DNA of 64,000 bases from IMG/VR virus record IMGVR_UViG_3300045988_159943, positions 32,309-96,308 of that record; one strand, 5' to 3'. The DNA comes from a virus. Shown here piece by piece: positions 11,065 through 20,782 of the stretch. Under the pieces are notes generated by a model. The model did no database searches and had not been told where the DNA came from. It saw nothing but the letters and a program-made list of their open reading frames with translations. The stretch's first letter is position 1; each line of letters opens with the position of its first letter. A program made the translations under genes and the position numbers.

Positions 11065-11814
11065 CTACTTCAATAGTGATGTCCAAGTATTTTTACCGAC
11101 TATTCCATCAACTTCTAAACCTTTTTTAGCTTGATATTTTTTCACGGCAGATAAAGTAGCAGAGCCGAAATCTCCATCGGCTCCACTTGAACCACAAGAG
11201 CAATTATTACCTATAAGTAATAACTGTAATGCCTTAACACTATTTCCCTTACTGCCTTGTTTTAAAATTTTCAATTCCACGCTACATACACTCTCCTTTA
11301 GTTGCACATTTTCTTCAGTTGCCTTGGATGTAAAGCTTGGACACCCAAAACCCCTAATATATTTCGCATTAACCGCAATTGTTCTATAACTAACAGAATC
11401 ATTTTTATTTCCCTCTATAACTTTGATATTGTTACCTGAAACGCTTACTACAATTCCAACATGGTCAGAAACACCTTCATTATCTCCAATACCATTATCA
11501 TCAAAATCATAATAAATTATATCTCCCATACTCGGAGTGTAGCTGTCATCTTCTTGCCACCTCCCCAGCTTTTGCCAGAGAGCAATTTGCCTTGGACAAC
11601 TACACTCCGCTGGTATGATATTTAATAATCCACAAAGTTTAGCAATTGCGCTAACAAATGTCGCACACCAAGAATCAGTGTATTTAACCTTATATCCTTG
11701 AGGCAAAGGTTGAATCTTATTATAAGTATCAACAATATACTTATGTTTCTCACTACCTTCAACCACTCCCAAGTAGGATATAGCTGTGCTTACAAAATTT
11801 TGTCTATCGTTCAT
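11065..11814 (-). CDS. endolysin: CHAP-domain peptidase with C-terminal PG_binding_1 domain
   Basis: Cys motif DSWCATFVS and His motif SDHVGIVVSV (CHAP). C-terminus DGDFGSATLSAVKKYQAKKGLEVDGIVGKNTWTSL matches the PG_binding_1 consensus. Confidence 0.8.
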   Translation of the reverse strand: MNDRQNFVSTAISYLGVVEGSEKHKYIVDTYNKIQPLPQGYKVKYTDSWCATFVSAIAKLCGLLNIIPAECSCPRQIALWQKLGRWQEDDSYTPSMGDIIYYDFDDNGIGDNEGVSDHVGIVVSVSGNNIKVIEGNKNDSVSYRTIAVNAKYIRGFGCPSFTSKATEENVQLKESVCSVELKILKQGSKGNSVKALQLLLIGNNCSCGSSGADGDFGSATLSAVKKYQAKKGLEVDGIVGKNTWTSLLK

Positions 11815-11878
11815 AATTACCTCCTATGAAAAACTCATAGAGGTCATTACCCAAGTTGTCATTTTCCTAGAGTTTTAA

Positions 11879-12346
11879 TTAATTTTCTTCTTCAACTTCA
11901 TCCGCATGAGTAGAATCATAATCTACTTCCCAATCTCGCATTTCATCAAGCAAATACTTTGCAAAGCTATTACAATGCAATTTATCAATATATAATTCCT
12001 CAATGCTCATTAAAGTTTTCTTCTCATACAAAGGAAGAACTTCTGTCTCTTTGTACTTATAAAATATATTTTTGATTAAATTACGACATGACGTTTTTGT
12101 AAATTCTAACGCAATTGCATTGGATTGCCGAGTTTCTTCACGAAATTCACTATCTTCCTGTATATGTTTTATGAGCATTTCTTTAATTTCTTTAATATCT
12201 TCACTTGACTCATCTGCATGACTATACTTACTTACAGCCTTCTTAAAAATGTCACGTGCATTTTTAGAAATAAGAGTTATTACAGCGACAGCAGCAGTAA
12301 TACATCCAAGAACTGTCGCTATATTTTCAATCCATGTAATAATCAT
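11879..12346 (-). CDS. membrane-anchored protein (N-terminal TM) in lysis cassette
   Basis: N-terminal hydrophobic helix IATVLGCITAAVAVITLI followed by a charged soluble domain; lies between a holin-like gene and the CHAP lysin. Confidence 0.4.
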   Translation of the reverse strand: MIITWIENIATVLGCITAAVAVITLISKNARDIFKKAVSKYSHADESSEDIKEIKEMLIKHIQEDSEFREETRQSNAIALEFTKTSCRNLIKNIFYKYKETEVLPLYEKKTLMSIEELYIDKLHCNSFAKYLLDEMRDWEVDYDSTHADEVEEEN

Positions 12347-12675
12347 GATTCAACCACCTGCTCTTTTTCAGGAGCATTGACCTTCTTACTCATAGCACAA
12401 AGACTATCAATCATTTCACTTACAACTTCCATGTCAATATCATAGTTAACTAAATTTGCAGAAGCTTGAACCATACCCATAACCCACGCTTTTTTATCAG
12501 CGCCATTATCAAAGAGCGTCTCTGCCTCTTCCATATACTTTGTAACCATAGACATTAGCCCCGGCCAATTTTGTTCACGATGATAGTTTTTAATTGTAGA
12601 AGTAAGCTTAATAACTAACGGTATAGCTGTGCAAATACCAGCTAAAATTGCTAAAATATACTCTAAATACTCCAT
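12343..12675 (-). CDS. putative holin (Holin_LLH-like; single N-terminal TM)
   Basis: 110 aa with TM YILAILAGICTAIPLVI followed by an amphipathic region (KYMEEAETLF..KKAWVMG) recalled as typical of LL-H family holins. Adjacent to the endolysin. Confidence 0.45.
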   Translation of the reverse strand: MEYLEYILAILAGICTAIPLVIKLTSTIKNYHREQNWPGLMSMVTKYMEEAETLFDNGADKKAWVMGMVQASANLVNYDIDMEVVSEMIDSLCAMSKKVNAPEKEQVVES

Positions 12676-12696
12676 GTCCTCAACTCCTTTATTATA

Positions 12697-13011
12697 TTAA
12701 ATTGTTGGCTCATCATACTCGCAATTTTGTTGTGTTGGCTCTACAGAATATTCAGACCCTGTCATTTCGATTTTCATTAATTGTTCAGACTTTGATTTTT
12801 GATAATAAAATGCCGCACTAACACCGTAAGCAGCCCAAGCAGCAGAAACCATAGTAGCAACCCATGGCAAAGAACCAGAGAACTGATTAACAATACATAA
12901 TTCCGCAAGGTGAACACCAGAATATGTCAAAAATGACACAATAGCCGTCTCAAACAGAATTAACAACTTAGAAAATTGAAAACTAAAAACGAAGTTAATA
13001 AATTTCTTCAT
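12697..13011 (-). CDS. putative holin (two TM segments)
   Basis: 104 aa with two hydrophobic helices and a charged C-terminus; 4-nt overlap with the amidase gene upstream. Confidence 0.45.
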   Translation of the reverse strand: MKKFINFVFSFQFSKLLILFETAIVSFLTYSGVHLAELCIVNQFSGSLPWVATMVSAAWAAYGVSAAFYYQKSKSEQLMKIEMTGSEYSVEPTQQNCEYDEPTI

Positions 13012-13808
13012 TTTACAAACCCTAATCTATCAAGCACTGTTACAAATTCATCGCGCTTCAAATAGCTTTCTGGTCTAGTTCCATCAACCAAACCACTCTC
13101 AGAAGCTCTACTCCAAACATCTTGAGCCCATGCTGGAGTTTCCTTTGCGGCAACATAAGCATTTGCTTTTAACAACAAATTATAAGCCTCTTCATTAGTT
13201 AAACTATTTAAAAATTCTGCCTTAGTCATATCTAATTCATCCTCCTTTTGTGTTACAGTTCCATTAAGTCTTTTATTCACTTCATTAGCAATATCTCCAT
13301 ATCTACCAAATAGATAGTTCCCCGGACAACTCTTACCTTTACTTGTTGTATAGCGGTGTGGAACTAGATTGCATACATCCCATCGTCCCGTATAAGCTGG
13401 ACAATTCTCTTTGCCCTCTTTCCAAAGAAGTTTCTTGATCCCATTGCGCTTGCAGATATCTACACATAAGTTGATAAGACTTTCATACGCTTTTGCGCTG
13501 CATCTATATGGTTCTTTATATGTATCAAGACTCGCAACCTCAATAGTAACAACAGAGTGATCTACAGAATGTTCGCAACACCACGCACGATTTGCTTCAT
13601 CTACATATTGTCCAATACGACCATCTGAACCAATGCCATAATGAGAAGATGCTTTCCTCGTCTGGAATACATTACCACAACCTTCAACACTTCCATCAGC
13701 AGCCATTGTGTGAATTGAAATACCTTTAATTTTTGAATTTCTTGGTTTTGTGCAATGGGGAGACCATTTTGTATAATTTACAAGTTTGCTATTGCTCATT
13801 CCCATCAT
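13008..13808 (-). CDS. endolysin: N-acetylmuramoyl-L-alanine amidase (Amidase_2/PGRP family) with C-terminal binding domain
   Basis: KGISIHTMAADGS...SSHYGIGSDGRIGQYVDEANRAWCCEHSVDHSVVTIEVAS matches Amidase_2 zinc-amidase motifs. Confidence 0.8.
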   Translation of the reverse strand: MMGMSNSKLVNYTKWSPHCTKPRNSKIKGISIHTMAADGSVEGCGNVFQTRKASSHYGIGSDGRIGQYVDEANRAWCCEHSVDHSVVTIEVASLDTYKEPYRCSAKAYESLINLCVDICKRNGIKKLLWKEGKENCPAYTGRWDVCNLVPHRYTTSKGKSCPGNYLFGRYGDIANEVNKRLNGTVTQKEDELDMTKAEFLNSLTNEEAYNLLLKANAYVAAKETPAWAQDVWSRASESGLVDGTRPESYLKRDEFVTVLDRLGFVK

Positions 13809-13821
13809 CTCCTTCTTTTAT

Positions 13822-13856
13822 ATACAAAAATAAGTGCCTTCAAAAATAAAAGCACT
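13822..13856 (-). terminator. putative rho-independent terminator between the membrane protein gene and the amidase gene
   Basis: Stem aagtgcctt/aaggcact (one G·U pair) with an 8-nt loop, followed on the minus strand by UAUUUUUGU. Confidence 0.4.
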
Positions 13857-13859
13857 CTT

Positions 13860-14288
13860 TTAAATTAATTTATAATGTGGTTTTTCTTCTTTGAACAAAA
13901 AGTAACGTAAAAAATCATCTACAATAATAGCCACGCATGAAAGGGGAATCCATAGTAAGAAATATTGCAAACAAACCTGTCCCGCAATATTATAAGGATA
14001 GAATGAATAATCCCACACATTAAGATTGAGATATACATTCAAAATAAGACCTGAAACAAATTCTAACGCAGTAATCATAATTGCCCCAATAAGAGATTGC
14101 TGAATAAGACCAAGATCCCATGGGAATACCTCGTTCAGTAATCCGAGCATGATAAAACAAATAGCCCCAAGCCATATCATTGAGGCATGACTACTACCAC
14201 GCCACATTACTTCAAGTCCATAATATGAAAAACCACCAATCACAGCTAAAACAATATATTCAAATATCAATTGCAAACATCTTTTCAT
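13860..14288 (-). CDS. integral membrane protein (about 4 TM) in lysis cassette
   Basis: 142 aa with four hydrophobic segments; located directly upstream of the endolysin. Confidence 0.4.
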   Translation of the reverse strand: MKRCLQLIFEYIVLAVIGGFSYYGLEVMWRGSSHASMIWLGAICFIMLGLLNEVFPWDLGLIQQSLIGAIMITALEFVSGLILNVYLNLNVWDYSFYPYNIAGQVCLQYFLLWIPLSCVAIIVDDFLRYFLFKEEKPHYKLI

Positions 14289-14449
14289 TCGTCAACCACC
14301 TGCACATCATCTTTTTCAGCGCTTGATAACTCTTTATAAATTGTTTTCAATTCTTGTTTAGCTAAACACATAACTTCTACGTTATCACCAGAAACAGGAA
14401 TTGTACTAATAAGACTAAATACTTTATCTAAACTCTTTTTAATGTCCAT
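14285..14449 (-). CDS. small hypothetical protein (54 aa)
   Basis: Start corrected to MDIKKSLDK, with RBS TTGGAGGCAAATTAAAATG just after the fibre gene stop. Confidence 0.35.
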   Translation of the reverse strand: MDIKKSLDKVFSLISTIPVSGDNVEVMCLAKQELKTIYKELSSAEKDDVQVVDE

Positions 14450-14450
14450 T

Positions 14451-15758
14451 TTAATTTGCCTCCAATTGCTCAATACGAGATTCTAATTGTTTTATTTTTG
14501 CGGTGAGGATACCGATAAATTCGTCGTAACGAAGCATATAAGTGCCATTGTCATTTTCATCTTTATCTTTCACGAAACCACCAAAATCTTGAGAATCAAT
14601 ACCAACAACAGCCATAGCTTCTTCAACATCTTGTGCAATAAAACCAACATGATAACGACCAGATGTGCCATCATTCATTTTATAGCGTTTTGCTTCAAGA
14701 TTATCAAATAATGCAATATATTTATCTGGTAAAGACTCAATGCTATTCTTTTGATTTCGGTCAGATGTCTGAATTGTTCCACTGGATATGTATACTGTAT
14801 TCCACCTATTTGCACTTAAACCAAGATATCGTGAACCACTAGTCTCTGGGTAGAGTGCAGTACTGCCAAAATAATAGTTTGTTCCTTTTGCAGTTACACC
14901 TACTCCTGACGCAGTTGCACCAATTTGATTAGAGGTTCCATCATACTTCATATATGCACCACTATTTGTTATATGTATGACCGAATTGCCATTAGGCGAA
15001 AACAAACCCATTCCTTCAATTGTGCTAGAGTTATCCGAAATCTTAGGCTTAATAGAACCAGTTATATTTCCATTTTTTTCGTTATAAATATAAACTACAG
15101 ATCCTGCCAAATAATCTGCTACCACAGTCCCTGTTTTAAGAGAAGATCCGTTTATAGAAGTAGTTCCATCACCATTTATCCAGTCTGTTATTTGACTTAA
15201 CGCCCTTGTTCCTGCAACTGTATTATTAGCGGCAATATTAGCAGTATCAATAGCAGCATTGGCATCTTTTTGGGCATCAACAGCTTTTTTATATGCATCC
15301 AATGCATCTTGCGCAGCACCCGTAACTGTAGTATTACTGTCAATTAAATTATCAACTGTTGTAGTACCATCGCTAATATCACTAAACCTAATTGCCCCAG
15401 TCAAATTTAAGTTAGTAGTATCAATATTGCCACCATCAATAATCGTCTTCCCATTCTCAGTAGTAATAGTTAATCCATCAAGAGTAGCTTTAATTTCTGT
15501 ATAGTCTTCATTTGCTCCTTCTACCTTTTCAATTCTTGCGGTAAAATCACTAACAGTTTGGGTCAAAGTAGAAGTCTGACTTGATATTCCATTTATATTT
15601 TCTGTTTGTGCTTCAACAGTACTAGTAATGCCATCAACAGTTCCTTCAATTTGAGCCAATTTTGTTGTTTGTTCAAAATCAGACTTTTCCAACTGAGACA
15701 CTCTTAATAAAAATTCACTACTAGAAATTTGACTTGCTGGCCCATAGTTAACTAGCAT
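14451..15758 (-). CDS. tail fibre/tailspike with C-terminal peptidase S74 intramolecular chaperone (auto-cleaving) domain
   Basis: C-terminus DKYIALFDNLEAKRYKMNDGTSGRYHVGFIAQDVEEAMAVVGIDSQDFGGFVKDKDE...YDEFIGILTAKIKQLESRIEQLE matches the endosialidase-type intramolecular chaperone domain. Start taken at MLVNYG, with RBS GAGGGGGTGG. Confidence 0.7.
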   Translation of the reverse strand: MLVNYGPASQISSSEFLLRVSQLEKSDFEQTTKLAQIEGTVDGITSTVEAQTENINGISSQTSTLTQTVSDFTARIEKVEGANEDYTEIKATLDGLTITTENGKTIIDGGNIDTTNLNLTGAIRFSDISDGTTTVDNLIDSNTTVTGAAQDALDAYKKAVDAQKDANAAIDTANIAANNTVAGTRALSQITDWINGDGTTSINGSSLKTGTVVADYLAGSVVYIYNEKNGNITGSIKPKISDNSSTIEGMGLFSPNGNSVIHITNSGAYMKYDGTSNQIGATASGVGVTAKGTNYYFGSTALYPETSGSRYLGLSANRWNTVYISSGTIQTSDRNQKNSIESLPDKYIALFDNLEAKRYKMNDGTSGRYHVGFIAQDVEEAMAVVGIDSQDFGGFVKDKDENDNGTYMLRYDEFIGILTAKIKQLESRIEQLEAN

Positions 15759-16281
15759 TCTCTGCCACCCCCTCATCTGTATTTGATGCCATATTTACGT
15801 CTTGAATAACAATATATGCGTTAACAGCGCACTGCACATCATCAACAGCAGGAATAGAACTCGCAGAAAAAGTGATAGTGTTTTCCCCCTGTTCTGTTGC
15901 AGTTACTTTTGCTGCATTATATGCATCTTCACTGTCTGGATCTGGAGATACAGAAATCCATTGTGTATTAACATCTGCATCTACTCCAGGTACATCAGCA
16001 GTTTGGGTGTAATATGTCTCGCCGGTTTCATCATCTATTTGTGCAGTCCAGCCTGGGTCTGTCAATGGTAAAGTAATTTTAAGCATGACAGGGATTCTTG
16101 CAGCCCCAATTGCATTTGGGTCAAGAGGGTCAGTGCCAGTAGACCAATGGTTCTCTGCGTGTTGAGCTGGTGCCACTCCAAGAGCTTCTGGAGAAAGGTC
16201 TGGTTTATTTGTTACACCTAATACATAGTCGAGTGGCAAATCTCCTGCCGTAGTTCTAATCGCAGTTACATAATCTGGCAT
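15748..16281 (-). CDS. hypothetical structural protein (177 aa)
   Basis: ORF in the fibre operon with a D/T/P-rich sequence. Confidence 0.4.
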   Translation of the reverse strand: MPDYVTAIRTTAGDLPLDYVLGVTNKPDLSPEALGVAPAQHAENHWSTGTDPLDPNAIGAARIPVMLKITLPLTDPGWTAQIDDETGETYYTQTADVPGVDADVNTQWISVSPDPDSEDAYNAAKVTATEQGENTITFSASSIPAVDDVQCAVNAYIVIQDVNMASNTDEGVAENAS

Positions 16282-16310
16282 TCACATCACTCTCCTTTTA
16301 TTCATTTTTT

Positions 16311-18290
16311 TTAATTCCAAACATTATTTATTCCATATTGTGCGCTTGCGGGTACCCAAACGCCATTTACCCCATAATAAATCTTTGCCATTTTCCAAAC
16401 ACCATTTACCCCATAATACACATTACCTTCTTCTTCATTCCAAATAGCATAAACAGTCCTTTCACCATCATCCCAAAGTGCACTCCAAGTGCTATAAGTT
16501 TCAGACTCACTAGTTGTAGCCCAACCAGCTAATGTATGTTGTGCTTTAGAAAGTGATGGTTCCACAGGATAATTATTTGTTGTGCTCCCAGTGCCATATA
16601 AATAATTGGTTGTAGAAACAGTGCCCGACTCATCACCATTTTCAGGATAATATGTCATTGACTCAGTTTTACTATAAGTGCCATAAACAGTTGTGTTTCC
16701 GCCTTCAAACAAATCTATTGCAGAAGATGTGCTTGATTGGGTATTTGTATTTGCGGCAAAACCTAAAAATGTCCAACCGCTTACAGCGCACGATGTATTG
16801 ATTGCTCCCCAAGAAACAGTAGTTTCACCCCCAGAGGATTGACCAGTCCCATAAATACATAAGCCACTTGTGGTTGTTGTTTTTGCCACAGAATTCTTAG
16901 TATTATTTCCTCGGTAATAATAATATGTTTCATCAGAACTAGTGGAATCTTTTGTATAAATTCCATAAATAGTAGTATAAGTATCAAATGCACTGGCTGC
17001 ACTTGTATATTCTACAGTTTGTGAAGATGAATCACCTGTCCAACCTTTAAAAGTATAAGTATCATCTGTGGCACATGTAGTATCAATATCACCATATGAA
17101 TAAGATGTTGCTCCTTCTTGTTTAGTGCCCGTTCCATAATAATAAGATTCTCCGACAGTGGTAGTCTTTACTACAGTATTCATGGCTCGACTACCTCTAT
17201 AATAATAAACTCTTGAGGCGCTAGAGGTACTATCTTTTTTAAACACACCATAAATAGTAGTATAACCCGCCGCAAACGTAGTCGCCGCATCTGTAGAATA
17301 TATTGATGTGCTACTAGACGATGTGGCCCAACCCTGGAATGAATAGGTGCTATCGCTGGCACAGTTTGTACTTACACTCCCATATGTAGATGTTTCTGAG
17401 CCACCAGTTTGCAAGCCTGTCCCATAAATATATGCCGTTTCACTTACTGTAGTTTTGGTTACAGAATTTTTTATGCTACTTCCTCTGTAATAATAAACTG
17501 TACTATTTGAGGTACTTCCGGCCTTTTCGTAAACCCCATAAACAGTAGTATATCCATCATTAGCGGCGTCTTGTAGTGTACTATAAGCATAATCTATAGA
17601 ATTTCGAACAGAAGACCAACCTAAGAATGAATAGGTGCTATCGCTACTACATGTTCTTGTTGGTTCGTCCATTTCAATAGGTGAGGAAAGTCCTTTCCCA
17701 TATTTGTAATATTTCATAGATGCTGTACGTGCAGCACTAGAACCACGATAATAAGTCATATCTTCTGACATAGAAATACAGGCATACATTGTTGTTCCAT
17801 TGTAAGTAGGCCCACTAGAACAACTTAATGAGCCAACTTCTAAGTAATTTGAAAAACTCCCTGGCCAAGTACTCTGAGTTGACCAACCCAATAAAACATT
17901 GCCACTCCAAGAAATCCCATAATCAGAAATATCAATTGTACCCGAAGTGCTAGTCCATGAAATAACATGTGGAGTAGAGGAACCGACGTATACTTGCATC
18001 GCAAATCTAGGCACTTCATATGCAAGTGGCCCAGACGTAAAAGATAAAGATGTTGAACTACCCATATCTGTACTCGAACGAATTATATAAATTGTTTTAG
18101 ATGTGGATGTAGTATCTGCATCTATTGTAAATGTACTACCACTACTTGCTTTTTTATAATAAGTTCCACTCATTGCACTTCCAACATAAATATAAGGATA
18201 AGAAGAACTAGTGTTAATTTGTATTGTACATCCACCATAATAGCCACTATATCCAACCAAAGATGCGCTGGTTGCTGCCTGAGTACCCAT
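16311..18290 (-). CDS. receptor-binding-like protein with 5 Flg_new (Listeria-Bacteroides) repeats and C-terminal YxGxNGxW repeats
   Basis: Repeats such as CSSDSTYSFLGWSS...TTVYGVYEK and CATDDTYTFKGWTG...TTIYGIYTK. C-terminus VYYGVNGVWKMAKIYYGVNGVWV. Confidence 0.55.
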   Translation of the reverse strand: MGTQAATSASLVGYSGYYGGCTIQINTSSSYPYIYVGSAMSGTYYKKASSGSTFTIDADTTSTSKTIYIIRSSTDMGSSTSLSFTSGPLAYEVPRFAMQVYVGSSTPHVISWTSTSGTIDISDYGISWSGNVLLGWSTQSTWPGSFSNYLEVGSLSCSSGPTYNGTTMYACISMSEDMTYYRGSSAARTASMKYYKYGKGLSSPIEMDEPTRTCSSDSTYSFLGWSSVRNSIDYAYSTLQDAANDGYTTVYGVYEKAGSTSNSTVYYYRGSSIKNSVTKTTVSETAYIYGTGLQTGGSETSTYGSVSTNCASDSTYSFQGWATSSSSTSIYSTDAATTFAAGYTTIYGVFKKDSTSSASRVYYYRGSRAMNTVVKTTTVGESYYYGTGTKQEGATSYSYGDIDTTCATDDTYTFKGWTGDSSSQTVEYTSAASAFDTYTTIYGIYTKDSTSSDETYYYYRGNNTKNSVAKTTTTSGLCIYGTGQSSGGETTVSWGAINTSCAVSGWTFLGFAANTNTQSSTSSAIDLFEGGNTTVYGTYSKTESMTYYPENGDESGTVSTTNYLYGTGSTTNNYPVEPSLSKAQHTLAGWATTSESETYSTWSALWDDGERTVYAIWNEEEGNVYYGVNGVWKMAKIYYGVNGVWVPASAQYGINNVWN

Positions 18291-18303
18291 ACTCTACACC
18301 ACC

Positions 18304-18612
18304 TTACGCATCATAGGCAATTAAAATTGCACCATCAACTACTTCAGGCAAATCTGTCGTACTTGTAGAAATCATAATGGCCTGTGGCTCATAGGAATCA
18401 AGCTTGGTTTTATCAGTCGATTCCATTAAACCATTTTCTGTTCCTGTTGCAGCATTCATATTTGAAAGCTGTTCAGCAACATAATCAGTAGTTGCCAAAT
18501 TTGTTGGCTTATTTTTAATATAATCAAAAGCTAATTCATCTGTTTGCTCCCAATCTGCTTGAGATGAGTGAGCATAAACTAAATTACCAAAAATTGATTG
18601 ATTATCTGCCAT
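18304..18612 (-). CDS. hypothetical protein (102 aa)
   Basis: ORF with RBS AAAAGGAGGCATAAAAAATG, just downstream of a terminator. Confidence 0.4.
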   Translation of the reverse strand: MADNQSIFGNLVYAHSSQADWEQTDELAFDYIKNKPTNLATTDYVAEQLSNMNAATGTENGLMESTDKTKLDSYEPQAIMISTSTTDLPEVVDGAILIAYDA

Positions 18613-18625
18613 TTTTTATGCCTCC

Positions 18626-18669
18626 TTTTAAAATAAAAAGAGGGGGCTAAAATACACTAGCCCCGCTCT
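18626..18669 (-). terminator. rho-independent terminator
   Basis: 11-bp stem agagggggcta/tagccccgctct with one bulge and an 8-nt loop. On the minus strand it is followed by CUUUUUAUUUU. Confidence 0.6.
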
Positions 18670-18670
18670 A

Positions 18671-19051
18671 TCAAAAATTAATTAACCACTCAGGAGCCTC
18701 TGGAATAATCTTAGTTTCAGTTACATCAAGCCAGGCTTGATACCATATATTAAGCTCAGCTATTTGAACATCAGATAATCTGTTATACCAAAGGTCTCCA
18801 CGGTTAATATATGGAAAACAAATTTTTTCACGCTGAGAGCGCAAATTAGATAAAACTTTATTATTTTCTAATTCAGCTTGTTTTTCATTGCTTTTAATAA
18901 GCATATTATCATCAGAAAGATAATAGCTCCGATAATTTACCTGAAAATCTTCAATGTCTTCAGGCTCATCGACTACTAAAGAAGGAGATTCAAATCCACC
19001 AATAAGGGCATAGCTATCTACAAACCCTTGTTCATTTAAAATAACCTGCAT
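18671..19051 (-). CDS. hypothetical protein (126 aa)
   Basis: ORF in the fibre operon. Confidence 0.4.
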   Translation of the reverse strand: MQVILNEQGFVDSYALIGGFESPSLVVDEPEDIEDFQVNYRSYYLSDDNMLIKSNEKQAELENNKVLSNLRSQREKICFPYINRGDLWYNRLSDVQIAELNIWYQAWLDVTETKIIPEAPEWLINF

Positions 19052-19064
19052 ATATTGCGCCTCC

Positions 19065-20672
19065 TTAACTTACTCTATAAACATACTTTAATGCACTATT
19101 ATTTGAATCAGAAACCCAGACAATCTTAGCATACACATTATCATCGCTAGTCTTATAATAAAAATAGAAACTGACATAACCAGTTTCATCGGCAATTTGA
19201 AGTTTATATTTAGTTGTATTAGTAGTTAAGAAATAACGAGGAATATAAACGGTAGAATAAGTTCCCGTATCAGTGGCTTGCCCCGCAACTACCCATGCTT
19301 GGCAGCCATATCTACTACCAAGGTTAATCTCTGCATTTAGCGTAGCCGTACCACTCCATGCCAACTCACAACCAGATAATAACCACCATTGACTCCATCC
19401 ATTATCACCAACTGTAGGGTCTGACCCAAGATGGCGAGAATACCATTGGAAGCTGGTAGTGTCTACTGTGCCAACCCTAAAGAACACCTGTCTTACACGA
19501 GTACCGTCAGACATAACAAGCATATGTCCATTTGAACCAACAGGACAATGTAATGCTGCAGTCTCAGAAGAAACATAATAAAGACCACTAGTAGTTATAG
19601 TATTTAGATCAACTGCAGAATAAGTCTTTACTTTATCAATTTTGTCATCCAGTTGATCTTTCAAGGACGTCCAGTTCACTTTGTTTCCCTCGATGGCATA
19701 GTTACCATAAACAATATTATTATATGTAGCTGCACTTGAACCATAAATAATCATCATGCTAACACGGGCAGAATTTAAACCCTTTTGGATAATTGCAACC
19801 CCATTTGTTGTATTACCCCAGTCAGAAATAGTCTGAGTACTATAAGTTGTATTGGCTCCATTAATCCGTCTAGTATCTATAACAATCATACTATTAGCAG
19901 GAATATTCATGGCAATATATTGCATTGTCGTTGGAAAAGTTGTAATGCCTGCATCTGTAAGATTGCTAAAAACATTATGAACATGACTAGAATTTGCTTT
20001 TCCATCCAAAGCGGCGTTAATCACTTTATTTTGCACAGGATTTGTAGAAGTACTGCTAAGCGCAGAATCAATAGTAATTGCCGAAGGAATTGTAGGTTTA
20101 TCAGTCAAATCATTATAAGAACCGCTAAATGTGCTCTTTGCATTCCAAGAAGCCTTCTCTGCATCTGTAACAGTACGATGAGTTGTATCATCAGAAAGGT
20201 CAGCTAGAGTTGTAGTACTTGGCATGGCACCAACTTCACTAGCTGTATATGTGGGCTTAGTAGTAGCCTTTGCCCAGGCAGGAACAGTTGGATCTGTTTC
20301 AGTATAAGATTGCAAAGCGCTATCGGCTTTAGCTAGAGAAGATTGCACGTCAGACGCAAGATCAGACTTGGGGATACCGGTTGAAGGTTTGGAATATTTA
20401 GATTCATATACAGAGTGAGTATGATCTGCTGTTGCAAAATCACTTGCGTGTTTACCATCTACAGTATCTGCATCACCACCATTAGCAGGAAGGGCGGTTG
20501 GTTTATTAGTTAAATCATTATAGCTATGAGTATGACTGGTATCTGATTTACCTGATTGAAGCGTTTCAATATCAGATTCAATATCTTCTAGGTTAATAGT
20601 TAGACATTTTAGCATATTGTCGTCTCGCCAAATATTATTAGTACTATATACAGGATCAAATTCTCCATTCAT
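19065..20672 (-). CDS. tail fibre protein
   Basis: N-terminal motifs SHTHSYNDLTNKPTALPANGGDADTVDGKHASDFATADHTHS and YNDLTDKPTIPS are typical of phage tail-fibre N-termini; the remainder is a beta-rich domain. Confidence 0.55.
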   Translation of the reverse strand: MNGEFDPVYSTNNIWRDDNMLKCLTINLEDIESDIETLQSGKSDTSHTHSYNDLTNKPTALPANGGDADTVDGKHASDFATADHTHSVYESKYSKPSTGIPKSDLASDVQSSLAKADSALQSYTETDPTVPAWAKATTKPTYTASEVGAMPSTTTLADLSDDTTHRTVTDAEKASWNAKSTFSGSYNDLTDKPTIPSAITIDSALSSTSTNPVQNKVINAALDGKANSSHVHNVFSNLTDAGITTFPTTMQYIAMNIPANSMIVIDTRRINGANTTYSTQTISDWGNTTNGVAIIQKGLNSARVSMMIIYGSSAATYNNIVYGNYAIEGNKVNWTSLKDQLDDKIDKVKTYSAVDLNTITTSGLYYVSSETAALHCPVGSNGHMLVMSDGTRVRQVFFRVGTVDTTSFQWYSRHLGSDPTVGDNGWSQWWLLSGCELAWSGTATLNAEINLGSRYGCQAWVVAGQATDTGTYSTVYIPRYFLTTNTTKYKLQIADETGYVSFYFYYKTSDDNVYAKIVWVSDSNNSALKYVYRVS

Positions 20673-20782
20673 ACAAATTCCTCCTTTAAAATAGAAGCTT
20701 TATCATTAGTTTTAATTTTCATTAATTATAATTTTACAGCATATTAAAAATTTATAATCAACATCTTTCTTGCTTACGTCTA

